Assembly: GCA_003693705.1 (NCBI GenBank)
Contig: RBZT01000794.1
Location: 24,430 to 88,429 of the forward strand
Length of the DNA stretch: 64,000 bases
Origin: Polymyxa betae A26-41
Lineage: Eukaryota > Protista > Endomyxa: Phytomyxea
Direction: 5' to 3'
A program made the translations under genes and the position numbers. Positions 13,358-29,511 of the stretch are shown here, piece by piece. Below the pieces are notes generated by a model that saw only the letters and a program-made list of their open reading frames with translations, had not been told where the DNA came from and did not search any database. Within the stretch, counting starts at the first letter, position 1, and every line of letters starts with the position of its first letter.

Positions 13358-13556
13358 TCGCCGTCCTCGTCACGATCGTCTCTTCGTCTTCATGCTTGAC
13401 GACTTCATATCCCTCTTTATCATCAATATAACACGGCCCGTTTAATACACGACAAAGTTACTGTTTTTTGTATTTTTTGCAAATTTAATACTTTGTTTGC
13501 AAGCATGGCTTAGGGTTTGACGGTCTCACGGAACGCGCACGGCCTCATCCATCTGC

Positions 13557-15553
13557 ATGATGATGGCCGACATCACCATCCTGTACGGGTCGCAGACCGG
13601 ATGCGCTCAGGACCTGGCCGAACGCCTCCAGCGCCAAGGCCGAGCCCGGCGTTTCCGTACCGCCCTCTACTGCATGGACGAGTACGACCTGGTGTGTCCC
13701 CCGTCTCCATCGCGCCCTTCAACGGTTTAATCGCCTCTTGACCAGGAGCAAATGCGAACGCATCCATCGCTCTATGTATTGGTGGCGTCAACGGCCGGCC
13801 AGGGCGTGGCCCCCGATAATATGAGGTCGTTTTGGAGGTCGATGCTGCAGAGGACTCTGAGCAACGATCTGCTTCAGCCTGTGAGGTTCGCCGTCTTCGG
13901 CCTGGGCGACTCGTCGTACCCGATCTACAACGCCGTGGCGCGCCGCCTTCACCAGCGCCTTCTCGATCTCGGTGCGCTGCCGTTCCATGAAAGAGGTCTC
14001 GGTGATGACCAGGACGAGCTCGGCGTGGATGGAGGTGCGGTTTGCTATTTATTAGGGTATTAGGGTTTAGGGTTTGTCTTAGCATTCGAACCGTGGGCGA
14101 CCGAGCTTTGGCGACGCGCCGCCGAGCTCGTCCCGAACGCCGTTGCGGACGCGGTCAGCGTGGTCCCGCCGCCCATCCGAATCACCCCCACAAATGTCGC
14201 CGCCACGGAGCCGGCCCTGGGTGCGTTCGGACGTGGCCGCGGTCGTTACACGCCGGTCACGTTACACTGCAACGTAAACCGGCGTCTCACACCCTATAAT
14301 CACTGGCAAGACGTCCGTCTGGTCGAGTTCGAACTCAGCGACGATATTCGTTACAGACCCGGCGACGTGGTATGGCATCCGGGGGGGCCAGTACGGTTCT
14401 CGGTTGAGCTGACCCGCGGATATAGCTCGTACTGCACCCGACGAACCCAGTCGAAGCCGTCGAGCGGTTCTTGCGTGACCGGATCCGTATCGACCCGGAT
14501 GCCGTCGTCGTTCTGACCCGTCGCTCGGAGTCCGACGATGATGCCGATGATGACGATGATCGGTTGCCGTACGGCGTGCCGGTGACGTGGCGCGACCTGT
14601 TCGTCCGCTGGCTGGACGTGTTCGGGACGCCGCGCCGCTTCTTCTTCGAGGTGATCGCCGAGTTCGCCCAGGACGATCTGGAGCGCGATCGATTGCGCGA
14701 GCTCGGGTCGGTGGCGGGCCAGGACGACCTGCTGCACTACAGCCATCGGGAACGGCGCACCTATATCGAGGTCCTGGACGATTTCGCCTCGGTCGACGTC
14801 CCGGTCGGCGTCCTGCTCGAGATCGTTCCGCGACTTCGTCCTCGCCAGTTCTCGATCGCATCGTCGCCCTCCAGACACGGACGCCTCCTTCAGATCGTCG
14901 CCGCCATCGTTGAATACCGGACGCCGTACAAACGCCCGCGCATCGGCCTGTGTTCCAGGTTTCTGCGGACGCTGCGCCCGGGCGATCGGGTGCCGTGCTG
15001 GACCCGGGTCGGGAGTTTCGCGATGCCGACCACGGCACAGCACGCCGTCATCATGATTGGGCCGGGGACCGGCATCGCCCCATTCCGCTCCATGTGCCAT
15101 GAGATCAGCGTGGCCCGCGCCGGTCCAGTACGCCCGCCGTCGGAGCTCTGGGTGTTCTTCGGATGCCGGAATCGCGCCAACGATTTCCTGTTCGAGATCG
15201 AATGGCAGGAGATGGTCGAGTCCGGGGCCGTGACCAGATTCGAAGCGGCGTTCTCGCGCGATCAGCCTGAGAAGGTTTACGTCCAGGATCGGATGGCGCT
15301 GCACGGCCGTGATCTGTATCGGCTGTTATCATCCGGGGCGGTTCTGTATCTAGCCGGGTTTGGGATCGTAGAAGCGGTCAGAGCGCGTAATATTGAATGC
15401 GGTGCTTCTAGGTCGTCGAATCCGATGCCGAAACAGGTCCATGAAGGTCTCGTCCAGATCTGTATCGAACATGGCGAAATGTCGCGAGAACAGAGCGAAC
15501 AGTTTCTGAGGACGTTGCAGAAATTGGGACGATATCTTGTAGAGACATGGTAA
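13557..15553 (+). CDS. NDOR1: NADPH-dependent diflavin oxidoreductase 1 (Tah18), multi-exon
   Basis: ITILYGSQTGCAQDLAE, STAGQG, FAVFGLGDSSY, PRQFSIASS, MIGPGTGIAPFRS, FFGCR, AFSRDQPEKVYVQ, C-terminal RYLVETW. Confidence 0.95.
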
Positions 15554-15583
15554 TAAACAATCGTGTTCGAATATGGACATGTA

Positions 15584-19517
<3,934 letters not shown>

Positions 19518-19869
19518 CTGGGAGTCCACCGGTGCGACGACGATGGCGCGCCTCTCAAGATGGTCTGCAAACGAAATGGCGCAGATTTTTCGAAAATTGT
19601 GCGCAACATTTTTGCTGCTCGATTTCTTCCCGGAAAATACTTTTTACGACTTTGCTTGGCTTACGCATATGTCTCAGAAATAACTGCGTTTACGGGCAGT
19701 CACAGACGCACTATTTCAGCGACTCCTTGTTGTTAACGTCAGAATCAAAGTGCTCGAAAGACCAACTTTATTTGCTATCTTTTATCTCCTCAGATTTTTC
19801 GATTCTTTTGTTGCCTGTTTCGTACTATGATTATATCCGACTTTTGTAGCGCTCGCTCCCGGTTTTTGG

Positions 19870-20530
19870 GCGTTCCTTTGTCTGGACACGCAAAGGATTG
19901 CGAATGCCGACAGAAGGGTCTGGTTTGGATGCCACCTGGATCGCCGTGCTCCGTTGGTCGCGCCAAGTTTGGATGCCCAAAAATAAGGGAATTTCCGGTA
20001 CTAGGTAGCTTGTTTTACAGCTCAGTCAGAAATGCTCAATGACGAGTCCTTTCAAGAAAATCGAGGATTATTTTATAGCAGTGGCATCTACAAATCCTGG
20101 CGCGTTTGAACGTCGAAACGACGACAGCATGTATCGAGCATTTCTATGCCTTGGCTATGCGGCCTTTGCTGTCTGTGCCTGTTTTCCTGTGATCGCTAAC
20201 GATGCGTGTCACATGAGCAAAGATGGGGGAATGATCATGGCTGTTAATGTTCTGGATGGCGAGAGGCAAATCATGCTTGCTATTGCGGCGACTGTGCCAA
20301 AAGAAGGCGAATGTCAATGGTCGTTATATTTGAGAATTTGAAGGCTGATCATTATATTAACAGTTCATTGTCCGTAAACATGCATAATCATGAGAACGGC
20401 AGGCAAAATGAACAGGTACGAATACTTCCTTTGATCCGCGAATCACTTTGCACGTTCCATTTGGAACAAAACCTGAAGAAATCCTTTCGAACTATACCAG
20501 TATCTAATGTTGCTCTATGCTGCGGACTGC
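19870..20530 (+). mobile_element. Mutator (MULE) transposase remnant
   Basis: RAFLC..PVIANDACHM..DGERQIMLAIAATVPKE..W and CTFHLEQNL (CxxH) are MULE DDE-domain patterns; reading frame broken. Confidence 0.75.
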
Positions 20531-20580
20531 GGAGGTTCCGCCATGGCCGGAAAACTCCGATGCGCAAATTTTCGAAGTCT

Positions 20581-20645
20581 CCCTCTCTTTTTCTTTCTTT
20601 CTTTCTCTCTCTCTCTCCCTCTGTCTCTCTCTCGCTCCCCTCTGT
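20581..20645. repeat. CT-rich microsatellite
   Basis: (CT)n/(TTTC)n run. Confidence 0.8.
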
Positions 20646-20656
20646 TACTCGCTAGC

Positions 20657-21460
20657 ATGGCACCTCAACGTCACCAACGCGCTCCATGCGACTGCGGTTC
20701 CAGCGTTGTTCACTACCGAAGGTCATCGGCGGCGAGCCTATACCGACGGACGCAATCGGTGCCTGCCGGCACAGTGGTCGTTGAAGTTGCAACGGCCGGT
20801 TGCAACCCCCAAATCTGATATCGCATCAGCATCCGCCCAGCATGCACCGGGCGCTGTGGTTTCAGCCGCCGTTGTTGTCAACGTGGCGGATCGTCCTGAT
20901 CAAGCGGCTGCCATTCCGTCGCGCTTGCCATCCCTGTAGCGCGGCACAGCGGCTGCAGTGCTTGTGGTGAATCTGACCATCACAGGAGCTCCTCTTTCTG
21001 CTCAACCGCCGTCGTCAGTTCAATGTTGCCCGCGCTCCTGATGGAGCCCAGCCTCGAATTCCCGAATCCAGCGACGGCGACGGTTTCCGACCAGTGCGCT
21101 TCCGTCTGACTGCCATGGACGTGGAGTGCCCGCGCTGCCACGCCATGATGCGGCTGGATGAATGTTCCTACCATTTTCCGCAACGTGCCGTGCTGTTCCG
21201 AATGTGCTGTGCCAATGATGCGGTCGTTCTTCCTCCTTACTCCGACCTGCCGTCACCATTGGTGGAATATCTGGAACATGGCCACATCCACCATGCTTCA
21301 TTCATGGAGCATATTCGGACGCTGAATGGGTTGTTCGCTTTTACCTTCACTTGGGGTCGACCGGCAACAAATCCCAGGTCGTGGTCCGCCGATCTCCCAG
21401 CTATGAATGGCGAGGGAGCGTCTCCACGGATTTATTCCAATCAACTCCAAAATTCATACG
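20657..21460 (+). mobile_element. Helitron Rep/Hel N-terminal remnant
   Basis: ECPRCHAMMRLDE..MCCANDAVVLPP..P.PL..FMEHIRTLNGLFAFT plus two upstream Cx(1-2)CG..H.RSS knuckles. Confidence 0.8.
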
Positions 21461-21992
21461 TTCCTCATCTCGTCTCCGATTCTCTAATGCCTCGTTCCCT
21501 CGCCTCGCCCTCACCTCCGACTTCCCTGACCTTGAGTCTCCGCTCCGCCTTCGTCTCACCGACACCGCTCCGTCCCTCGTACGCTCCTCTCCGATCCTCT
21601 CACCGACAAGGAAAAGACTCTGTCATTTTCGAAAAACAAACTTAAAAATGACACGTTATTGGGTCCTAACGTGAAGCACACCTCTCGCAGTCCCAAACCA
21701 CCACCAATCAAGCATTCAGGACCGGGGTGGACGGCGACCAACGGGCGGCCAGAAGCAGTGACATTCACCGTGCCAATTCTGCGGGTCGAACAGTAACTTG
21801 CAAGGTCGCCTGGCGGCAATGCTGGCTTGTCTACTGGTGCAACGACACCTACCGTAGATCCCGGGGAAATAGCCACCCCGACCAAGTAGCCACTACCAAT
21901 ATGCTGATGAAACGTGCGTTGTGTCGCGGAGAAAATAAATAGTGTAACATTACATTTGTCTTTATTTGCCAATACAGAATACATCATCTGTG

Positions 21993-22410
21993 ATGATTGA
22001 GTTGTCTGCAAATGTTGAGATCGTTGGTCTCAGGAAAGGGACCAATGGACGTCAATGTGAGGTCCACCGTGAATGCTGTGGCATCTGCGTTGTTACAGGG
22101 TCTCTGATCCGGTTCAAATTCACCGTTATAGAAAGTGGGTGTCTAATACTTGAATTTCATTTCATTGAAAGCGTATCCATCGGAAAGAGGTTTCGAATAG
22201 GCTGTTTGTGCAGTCTTAATTGCTGACGGAATCGAGAATCGCCGAGTCGGTTTTCTGCCGCGTAACTGTTTCCCAATACGAAAACGCTTTGTTGATAAAT
22301 TCGCACAAGTAATTGAGCTTTCAGAAAACACCCACAAACGGCGAAAAGATGCTCGGAACTGTGGCATGGCGCCATGCATTTTATTGGATTTTATTCATAT
22401 TTTTAAATGA
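21993..22410 (+). CDS. Passenger gene inside the pogo element (CxxHxxCCG, HIRAN-like), probably intron-containing and degenerate
   Basis: VEIVGLRKGTNGRQCEVHRECCG..IRFK / AVCAVLIADG..RVGFLPR..FAQV..RNCGMA; convergent with the transposase. Confidence 0.55.
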
Positions 22411-22413
22411 AGT

Positions 22414-23692
22414 TTATGTGCTTTTGATTCCGACATGACGCCATGTGTTTATAATTGTTTCCGCCGTTATACGGTTCCATGCGTCCAAATCCCATTGGGC
22501 TACGATCTGGCGAGAAGGTTTTTCTCGATCGAACGTCTCTCCGAGCGATAACGAATTCCACCTGGCGCTCTCTACAATATTGTTTGAATGGTTTGTTGAT
22601 TCCTACGTATAATATTTGAAGTTGGACGTGTACCCGTTAACGACAATTGACAAATTCCACCTAGTTCCGCCTAAGAGTGTGATTTTAAACATTCAAGTTT
22701 TGTTCTCACAAACCTCACTTCCTAGCTGCTCGAAAGAGCTAACAATTTCTTGGCTCATGTGGGCCGAAAATCCGTCCATTATAAGATAGGAATACTGTGC
22801 AGATCGCTGCAGCAGCCATGGTCGCCAAACCCTAAGATCCATTCTCATTACTGATATATCGCACCAGGCGTTGTCCTGAACAGTCCTTACGTACGACATT
22901 TGCAGGATAACCTCGAGCAGTACAGTTGCCGGTGACTTCCTTATACACGTGGGCCTTTGGTTTGCCCTTTAGTATAAGAAACAAAGGCAGCTTTTCTCCT
23001 GACAACGAAACCTCTAAGTTTGCGGTAGCCCTTCCAGAAGACCCAGTGGAAACGACATCAATGGTATGACTTCCCCGTCGCTCTATTGTTGCTGTCATTA
23101 GGTTGTCAAATGGAACTTCAATTTCGTCGATGTTGACAATCAGCTCAGGGGGAAGTTGCATCATGGCAATGTGCTCATTAACGCATGCAACAAAATCAGC
23201 GACTGTGTCAGCACAATGACGTGTATTTTGAGCTGTATGTGTGGCTCGGCGCTGTACTAGCTTTTCGCGATGCAAGAATCTATAAATTCGCTTTCGTAGG
23301 GTTACAGGATTGCCGGCCAGAAAACCTGTGCGAAACCTACACCATTAATCCAAACCCTAAACCTAGGTTCGCAAGAAACCCGCTTACCGTTGAAATTCGT
23401 GCAGCAACATCGACACAGAAACTGGCACCGAACGTGCCCTCCCAACTTCAAAGTTATGTAGAAGGTGGTCAGAAACATCCTGGTCCTCGACATGAACAGA
23501 GCTACTAGGAAGGTGCATTTTAGCACCCGATTTCATTGTTTCCACATCTAGAAGCTTCTTCCATCGTTTGATATTTCGGAGATCATCATGGGATTTCTTT
23601 GCTGTTGCATAGACACGACCAGGCTGTCCATAAGCCTCTCGTGCGATGGCTTTCTTCTCCAGAAGATTGTAGCGAGACATTCCACGACCCAT
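22414..23692 (-). pseudogene. pogo transposase (HTH + CENP-B-like + DDE_1), frameshifted
   Basis: IVNIDE, GEKLPLFLILKG, LIMDGFSAH, LQILYVGINKPFK (third Asp replaced by Tyr); split across frames. Confidence 0.88.
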
Positions 23693-25680
23693 GCTAAACG
23701 GATATGTGAATACGCATGGGCAAGCCGCATACCGTTAGAATCTATTTTTATAAGGCTACACAGTCGTGTACTCAGTGAGAAAAAATACACCAAATCGATT
23801 CAAAACTCCCGGCGAAATAGCCACTACCCTATCAAATCAGTATCCATTTTATCAGATCCGTAGTGGCTATTTCCCCGGGATCTACGGTAGGCCAGTCAGC
23901 AGGCCAATATCCAATAGCCGATTGAACAGGCTGACATCAGCCACAATTTAATAAGGAACCCAATCATTTTTTATACGAAATCAAAAGGTCTTTTTTCTCT
24001 CGTTTAAAATGGTCTCACTTTGTATATCAATGTACATTCCCCATTGCGTGAACGCTTGGGGAACAAAAAACGACAAAAACCGTTATGCTGATTTTGAGAG
24101 GAGGTAGTGGATTTTTTAGAATGAGGAAAAAGAAAAAACAACCCCAGCCAAGTTCGTAGTTTAACGTCGTTGCGGACGATATGGGTGTAGATGTTGTGAT
24201 AGTGCATGAAGTTGGTTGGTGATGTTGGTGTTGGTGTTGGTGAAGTTGGTTTTGATGATGACGTTGTAAGGTTTACCTAATAATCAAATAAATGTATTCA
24301 TGAACACGGAAAATCAAAATTACTTGATATAAAAAAAGGAAATTCACGAATCCAAGGTTATATTTGAGGCGTCCCCCAAATAATAGCATATATAGGCCTC
24401 CCCATAATGCTGCAATCCGAAAATATTTGATGAATAGATGGCGAAGATGAGAATGAATGCCAAAACCAAAACGAAAAGCGAAGATGAAACGGGTGCACGC
24501 CAAAAACGTTGATGCATGCAGCAGACCTTGCAGTGGCGATTTTTGTTTTTGGGTATTCGGGCTGTATTAGATTTATTTAAAAATTACTATAAATCTTGAT
24601 TTTCCACAGAAGTGCGTACGCAGTAACATGAACAGCGTGCGCAATATTTGTCTATGACTGACGCCAAGATCTGATGAACAATAATAATGCGAACCTGAAG
24701 AAAGTATGAAGCTATACGTTAATAATATTGGGCTCGACCTTCCAGAGGTCCGCACGGATGCCGTACGGACCTGAGCTGCTGGAGCTGGGATTCGAGCCTG
24801 GAAAAAATCAGAATTCCTTACCGACTGACGAAGTCTTATCAAAACTTGTAGTACTATATCGCGATTTGAAGAATCCGCTCCAGGGCACAACGCCTTGTTC
24901 TAACCTTAATTTGATGTCATTAAAACTGCCATAGCTGAGATTCTGGAAAATTGAAAACGGCGATGAACTTCTCAGAGTATGAAGACACGCAAAGATTACG
25001 AATGGACCGGGTAGAATTTAGGAAGAAGAGAACAAAAACAATCAAGCTCCAAGGAACTTACAACGACGTCGAACTGAATGCAAGAATGGAAATGAAATTA
25101 TGGGGAGCTCACTTGCAAAGAATATACAACCGATGATGAAAACAAGGGAAATGATATACGAACAGGACGATTGGTAAAGAAAATCATTTACAGCAACATC
25201 AGGGCAAATTCAGAATTGATGAAAGAAATATGAAGTGAAGCCGATGAAGAAATGAATGTTGCAGACAAGAAGATGAAACAGGAGAAAATCCAAAACTTAC
25301 AAGATGGCAAAAGGAAGTAGTGAAGATAGAGATAGAGGAACAGATAGGACGATTCCGACGAGCACAACCTATCAATGACGAGATTAAGAAAGAAAAATTG
25401 AAAAAAGAACTAGCCTTGAAGATAAATCTAGACAGCCAAGATAAAGACAGAAGAAGACAATAAGATGAAGAAGATTTGGAGAAATTTGAGAAGGATGAAA
25501 GTGATGAGGAGGATGAGGAGGAAGATGAAAACACCGATGAAGAAATGACGAAGATAGTTATAACTCCAAAGAAGAATAAGAGCAACAAAGCGCTAACGGA
25601 GGAAAATAAGGGGAGAAAACTTACAGCGCCAACTGCTCAGTGGCCATAAACGGCATCACTGCCAATTATCAAGGAATCTC

Positions 25681-26136
25681 AGCACCGGATGGCTTGATAA
25701 TTAGCATGTTCGGCCCGATAGAAGGTCGCAGGCATGAGTAGTCTCCTGCGTGAATCCCAGATTCGGCAGAGACTCGAACAATTGCCTGCTGCCAACGGGT
25801 ATCTGATCTCTGACGATCCTGCCTATTGAGTGAGCAGATTTATCTTGCAGTCCTTTCAAAGGGCTGAGTTTACTTTGATAAGTAACCATGACAAAATGCT
25901 TCAAGAGATTAAGCCGTGCATTGTATTATAGGAAGAACAGGCATTCAATGCAAAAATGAGCCTCTTCGGGCGCATTAAAATGCTGTTCGCTTTTGTTGAT
26001 TTCTCCAACAGTCTTAAGGTGATGCACGGGCCGGTTGGCAGTTGCCAAGCTGATGACTAACATCCATTGTTGCGTTAATGAAGGTAATCAGATAAGCGAC
26101 TTCTTTGGCGTCAAACCGCCAACATTATTACATTAA
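25681..26136 (+). mobile_element. PIF/Harbinger-type DDE transposase C-terminal remnant
   Basis: PDGLIISMFGPIEGRRH..LLRES..DPAY..FNAKMS..FGRIKMLFAFVDF..LMTNIHCC..NQISDFFGVKPPTL. Confidence 0.85.
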
Positions 26137-26659
26137 GCGAATATTTACAATAAAATCGTAAAGGTTCCTTCATACATACCCTCTGACTGAAGATGTGTTC
26201 TAGATCTGTGAATAAGGCTGCTTGCGAGATAACAAAACTTTGATCTGAATTACGCAATATTTGACTAGCCTCCGATCGGACCTGACTAACTCCGTTGATC
26301 GGAAACTCTCCGCGTGCAGCGCCTTTCGGCTAGCGCGACTCTCTACAGAGCTCAGGCTCTCGTTAGCAACCCAATACAGAGTGTTTTATTTCCCTCAACT
26401 CCACAACAATGCAACAACTGCATGACGGCAACAGCCGGCTGAACACCAACATAACACATACACTACGCCGACTCGGATTCGAATCGGTTATTCGTTCGAC
26501 GCTGAGTCAGACGACACCGCGTTCGGAGCTAACCTCCGATTCTAGTGATATATAAGGGCTTGTATTCCATCTAGTATAATCATTCTGCAATTCATCATTT
26601 TTGCAACATCAATTTCAAGTAGTCATTGCTACAAGGATATCATTAGCTGCGTTTCACTG

Positions 26660-28390
26660 ACGTAACATGGAGACTATGGCGATTATGATGGACAATGAGG
26701 AGAATCAGTCAACGCAAAATTTGGCTGACAGTGGAGGTGTACAGCAGCCTGGTAATTCAGTTGCGGACAAATCGAATGATGATGCAAGCTTCGAATTCAT
26801 TCAACGGTGCATTCGTTATTAACACGAAATCACCGCCTTGTGTGAATCTGTTGATTACACAATGAGTGATTCAGATGTGGACATTGGGAAACATGCTTCA
26901 TAGGCTAAGTGGGAGATATAGTTCCCAGCCAGTGAATAATATTTCTGGACTCTGGTAGACCAGCGGCACAGGCTGTGCCGCGTGTGGTTTTTCAACCATG
27001 TCTGTAGAAATTGCGCCTGGACATCACAGAAACTAACTGACCAAAAGTTACAATAACAGCTCCACAGCTGTTAGTCCAGGGCCTACTTAAGCAGTACTCT
27101 ACACACCCCTTTTTTGAATGTGACTGCATTCCTCACCAGAATCAGGCACTCAGGCCTCTGGCAGAATTAAGTAGGTGACCCCCAACTCAGATGAACCACG
27201 CATCTTTTCACGAGTTGTGTAGCCGGTCCAGTCCACAAAACCCAAAAACGTCCAGTACCATGTTATTCTGTAGAAATTGCGCCTGGACTTCACAGCAACT
27301 AACTGACCAAAAGGTACAATAACAGCTCCACAGCTGTTAGTCCCTGGCCTACTTAAGCAGTACTCCACACATGTGAACCACCTTTGTTGATGGCTCTGCG
27401 TACAAAGGATATTATCCAATTTTGTTTGAATATACGAAATATGACCAGCAAGTTCAGGACAATCAGAGAATGGGAGGGAATGATATTCCAGACGGCCATT
27501 TCTGTCTTTTATAGATCCTTCTTTGTTGATATGATTGCCAAATTTGTTCTGAAAGAACCGAAGGAGGAACTTGTGGACAATGAAGTCATGGGTGCTTTAA
27601 ACAATTACAAGGTTAATGACGACTAGCTCGTCGCATGATCATATTCGTATGATTATCAAGAAGAGTGTAAGATGAAGCCATCATCTGCCAGAATAATGGA
27701 TCTTCTGACTCAACTGGATAAGATCATTGAGGAGCATAACTGCCAGTCTTTGTTTGATTCTGATGTGGGGAAGGAGCATTGGATTCGTTTGGTCACGGAA
27801 TGCTTGCAACCTTATATTTTTAAGAATCATTTGCTGAATATGATTAATTTAATTGCTCGAAACCGGAGCTTAGAACTGACCAGGTTGCGTTTGTCGAGCA
27901 ACTGCAGGCAGACGTGGACAAGTTTGAGTCAGAAGGGAGTCGCATTCTTATTCTGTCGGATACGGATCATGGACAGAAGACCGCTACGGTTTCGAAGAAA
28001 CGTGGGGTTTCTAACCAGAATAATGGTACTCAGCACAAAAAGCGTAAGCTTGAATCTATAAAAGCGCTTATGATCTACATAATACATTCAATCTACAATT
28101 CAGTTTACAGTCACTGCTACCTGTTCTAATCGGAAGACTCCACAAAGAGTTCTTTAGTTATCGTCTGCGATCAGAGAGAGATACTGTGTGAATCTGCGGA
28201 TTACACAATGAGTGATTCTGTCACTGAATCAGATGTGGACATTGGGACACATGCTGATAGGCATCGTGGGAGATATATTTCCCAGCCTGTGAATGTTTCT
28301 GGTAGACCAACAGCACCGGCTGTGCCACGTGTGGTCTTTCAACCCTGCGAACCCCCTTTGTTGACGGCTTTGCGGACAAAGGATATTATT
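26660..28390 (+). mobile_element. Degenerate Ty3/Gypsy gag region with a duplicated 5' segment (~26840-27000 vs ~28185-28390)
   Basis: Direct repeat encoding MSDS..DVDIG..PRVVFQPCEPPLL.ALRTKDII; ARIMDLLTQLDKIIEEH..LVTECLQP resembles Gypsy gag of oomycete-type elements. Confidence 0.55.
27002..27369 (-). mobile_element. TRIM (terminal-repeat retrotransposon in miniature), 368 bp
   Basis: LTRs 27261-27369 and 27002-27103; minus-strand PBS TGGTACTGGACG; PPT AAAAAAGGGGTG; TSD CATGT at 26997-27001 and 27370-27374. Confidence 0.88.
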
Positions 28391-28395
28391 ACAAC

Positions 28396-28634
28396 TGGGG
28401 ATGCATTCTCACTAACCTAGCTCTATATATGTCCAGCCTCATCATCTTGGCATACAGGGACCTTAACAAAATCCTGCGTGCTGTCATCCTGATTTATCAG
28501 GTTCAGGGACTTCAGCGCTTCTGCTATCAGCGGATGATTTTACAATCTCCAGCGAAGATGGAGAATTGCTTTGTTGAAAAGCTCCTTTCCTTGCCTGCTG
28601 TATACAACACAGATCGCAGAACATGGTATCAGAG
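28396..28634 (+). mobile_element. Putative LTR followed by a tRNA-iMet primer binding site
   Basis: TG...AACA then TGGTATCAGAG (28624-28634), the canonical PBS-Met; interrupts the gag copy; LTR start approximate. Confidence 0.6.
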
Positions 28635-28654
28635 TTGAAGAAAACACTGAGCAA

Positions 28655-29511
28655 TTACACGAAGCGAACGACTTTGAATCTTGATGGAACGACGCTCTTC
28701 GGACAGCTGCTCGCGATATGGCCTTGTTGTTTGCAGCTGTAGCAGCGTGGTCCAGAAGCTGAGGATGATGAGGATGTTTAGCCGTTTTCGAAGTTGAAGA
28801 CTGACCTGAATTGCTCGTAGTAGAGTCCGATTGAGGCTTGGTGCGACAATCCTTGGTATCATGTCCAGACAAATTATGGAATGTGCAAAATGATGATTGT
28901 GGTTTTGCCGAGGCTGAGGTAGTAGAACCTTGCGTAACGCGACATTCGGAGGCCTCATGTTTGGACTTCCTCCGATTCGTTTTCTAAGAGCATCCTCACT
29001 GCCGCCTTCAAGATCAGGTTGGTATCTAGACGAAAACAAGTCTCTAAAGTCCCTAAAACAAATCACACCATACCTTTTAGCTTTTCGCATCAGAAATCCA
29101 ATAGCTTACAGCCTGCTGCAAGCTTCTCTCGCAGCTCCGAAATCAAAGTTTTCAAATCCTAGTTTTGATGCATCAGCTTCAGCAGGACTCTGTGTGATAA
29201 ACCAGTCCGAAAACACTGTGAATGATAATGCATCAAACGGTTTATGAGGAGAAATTAGGAGAGAAATCGGTGATGATGGGCGGAATTGAGTCATTGATGT
29301 CGTGAGTCACGACACTCTGTCCTTGTGAGTAAACAATCCGATAAATTGCAAGACCAACATCTGAGCATTTGTCCAGCTGTGTCATGAGTCGCCTCATGGC
29401 TGTAGCGGCCTCGGCGCTGGGAACATCGCGCAGCCAGTGTAGCTGGTCTCTCTTGGTGTGAGTGAGACCGACCGAAATCATCCCCATATTAAATACCGTC
29501 ACGAGTTGCAT
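28655..29511 (-). mobile_element. Retroelement gag remnant with two zinc knuckles
   Basis: CTFHNLSGHDTKDC and CYSCKQQGHIASSCP knuckles across frameshifts. Confidence 0.65.

Larger units (their letters stand above)
21852..23887 (-). mobile_element. Complete pogo-like (Tc1/mariner superfamily) DNA transposon, 2036 bp
   Basis: Perfect 25-bp TIRs CCGTAGATCCCGGGGAAATAGCCAC (21852-21876 / 23863-23887), TA on both flanks, sub-terminal TIR-motif copy at ~23808-23826. Confidence 0.93.

Noticed and set aside
352-15553. Mitochondrial/Fe-S gene cluster (BolA1, NDUFAF2-like, COX10, NDOR1)
   Set aside because: Different pathways and compartments, interspersed with unrelated genes; compatible with chance
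24748-24770. Imperfect palindrome as a Helitron 3' hairpin
   Set aside because: No properly spaced CTRR terminus, and far from the Helitron remnant
24950-25660. Purine-rich acidic ORF as the Harbinger Myb/SANT partner gene
   Set aside because: Multiple stops and no recognisable Trp-spaced motif; cannot assign
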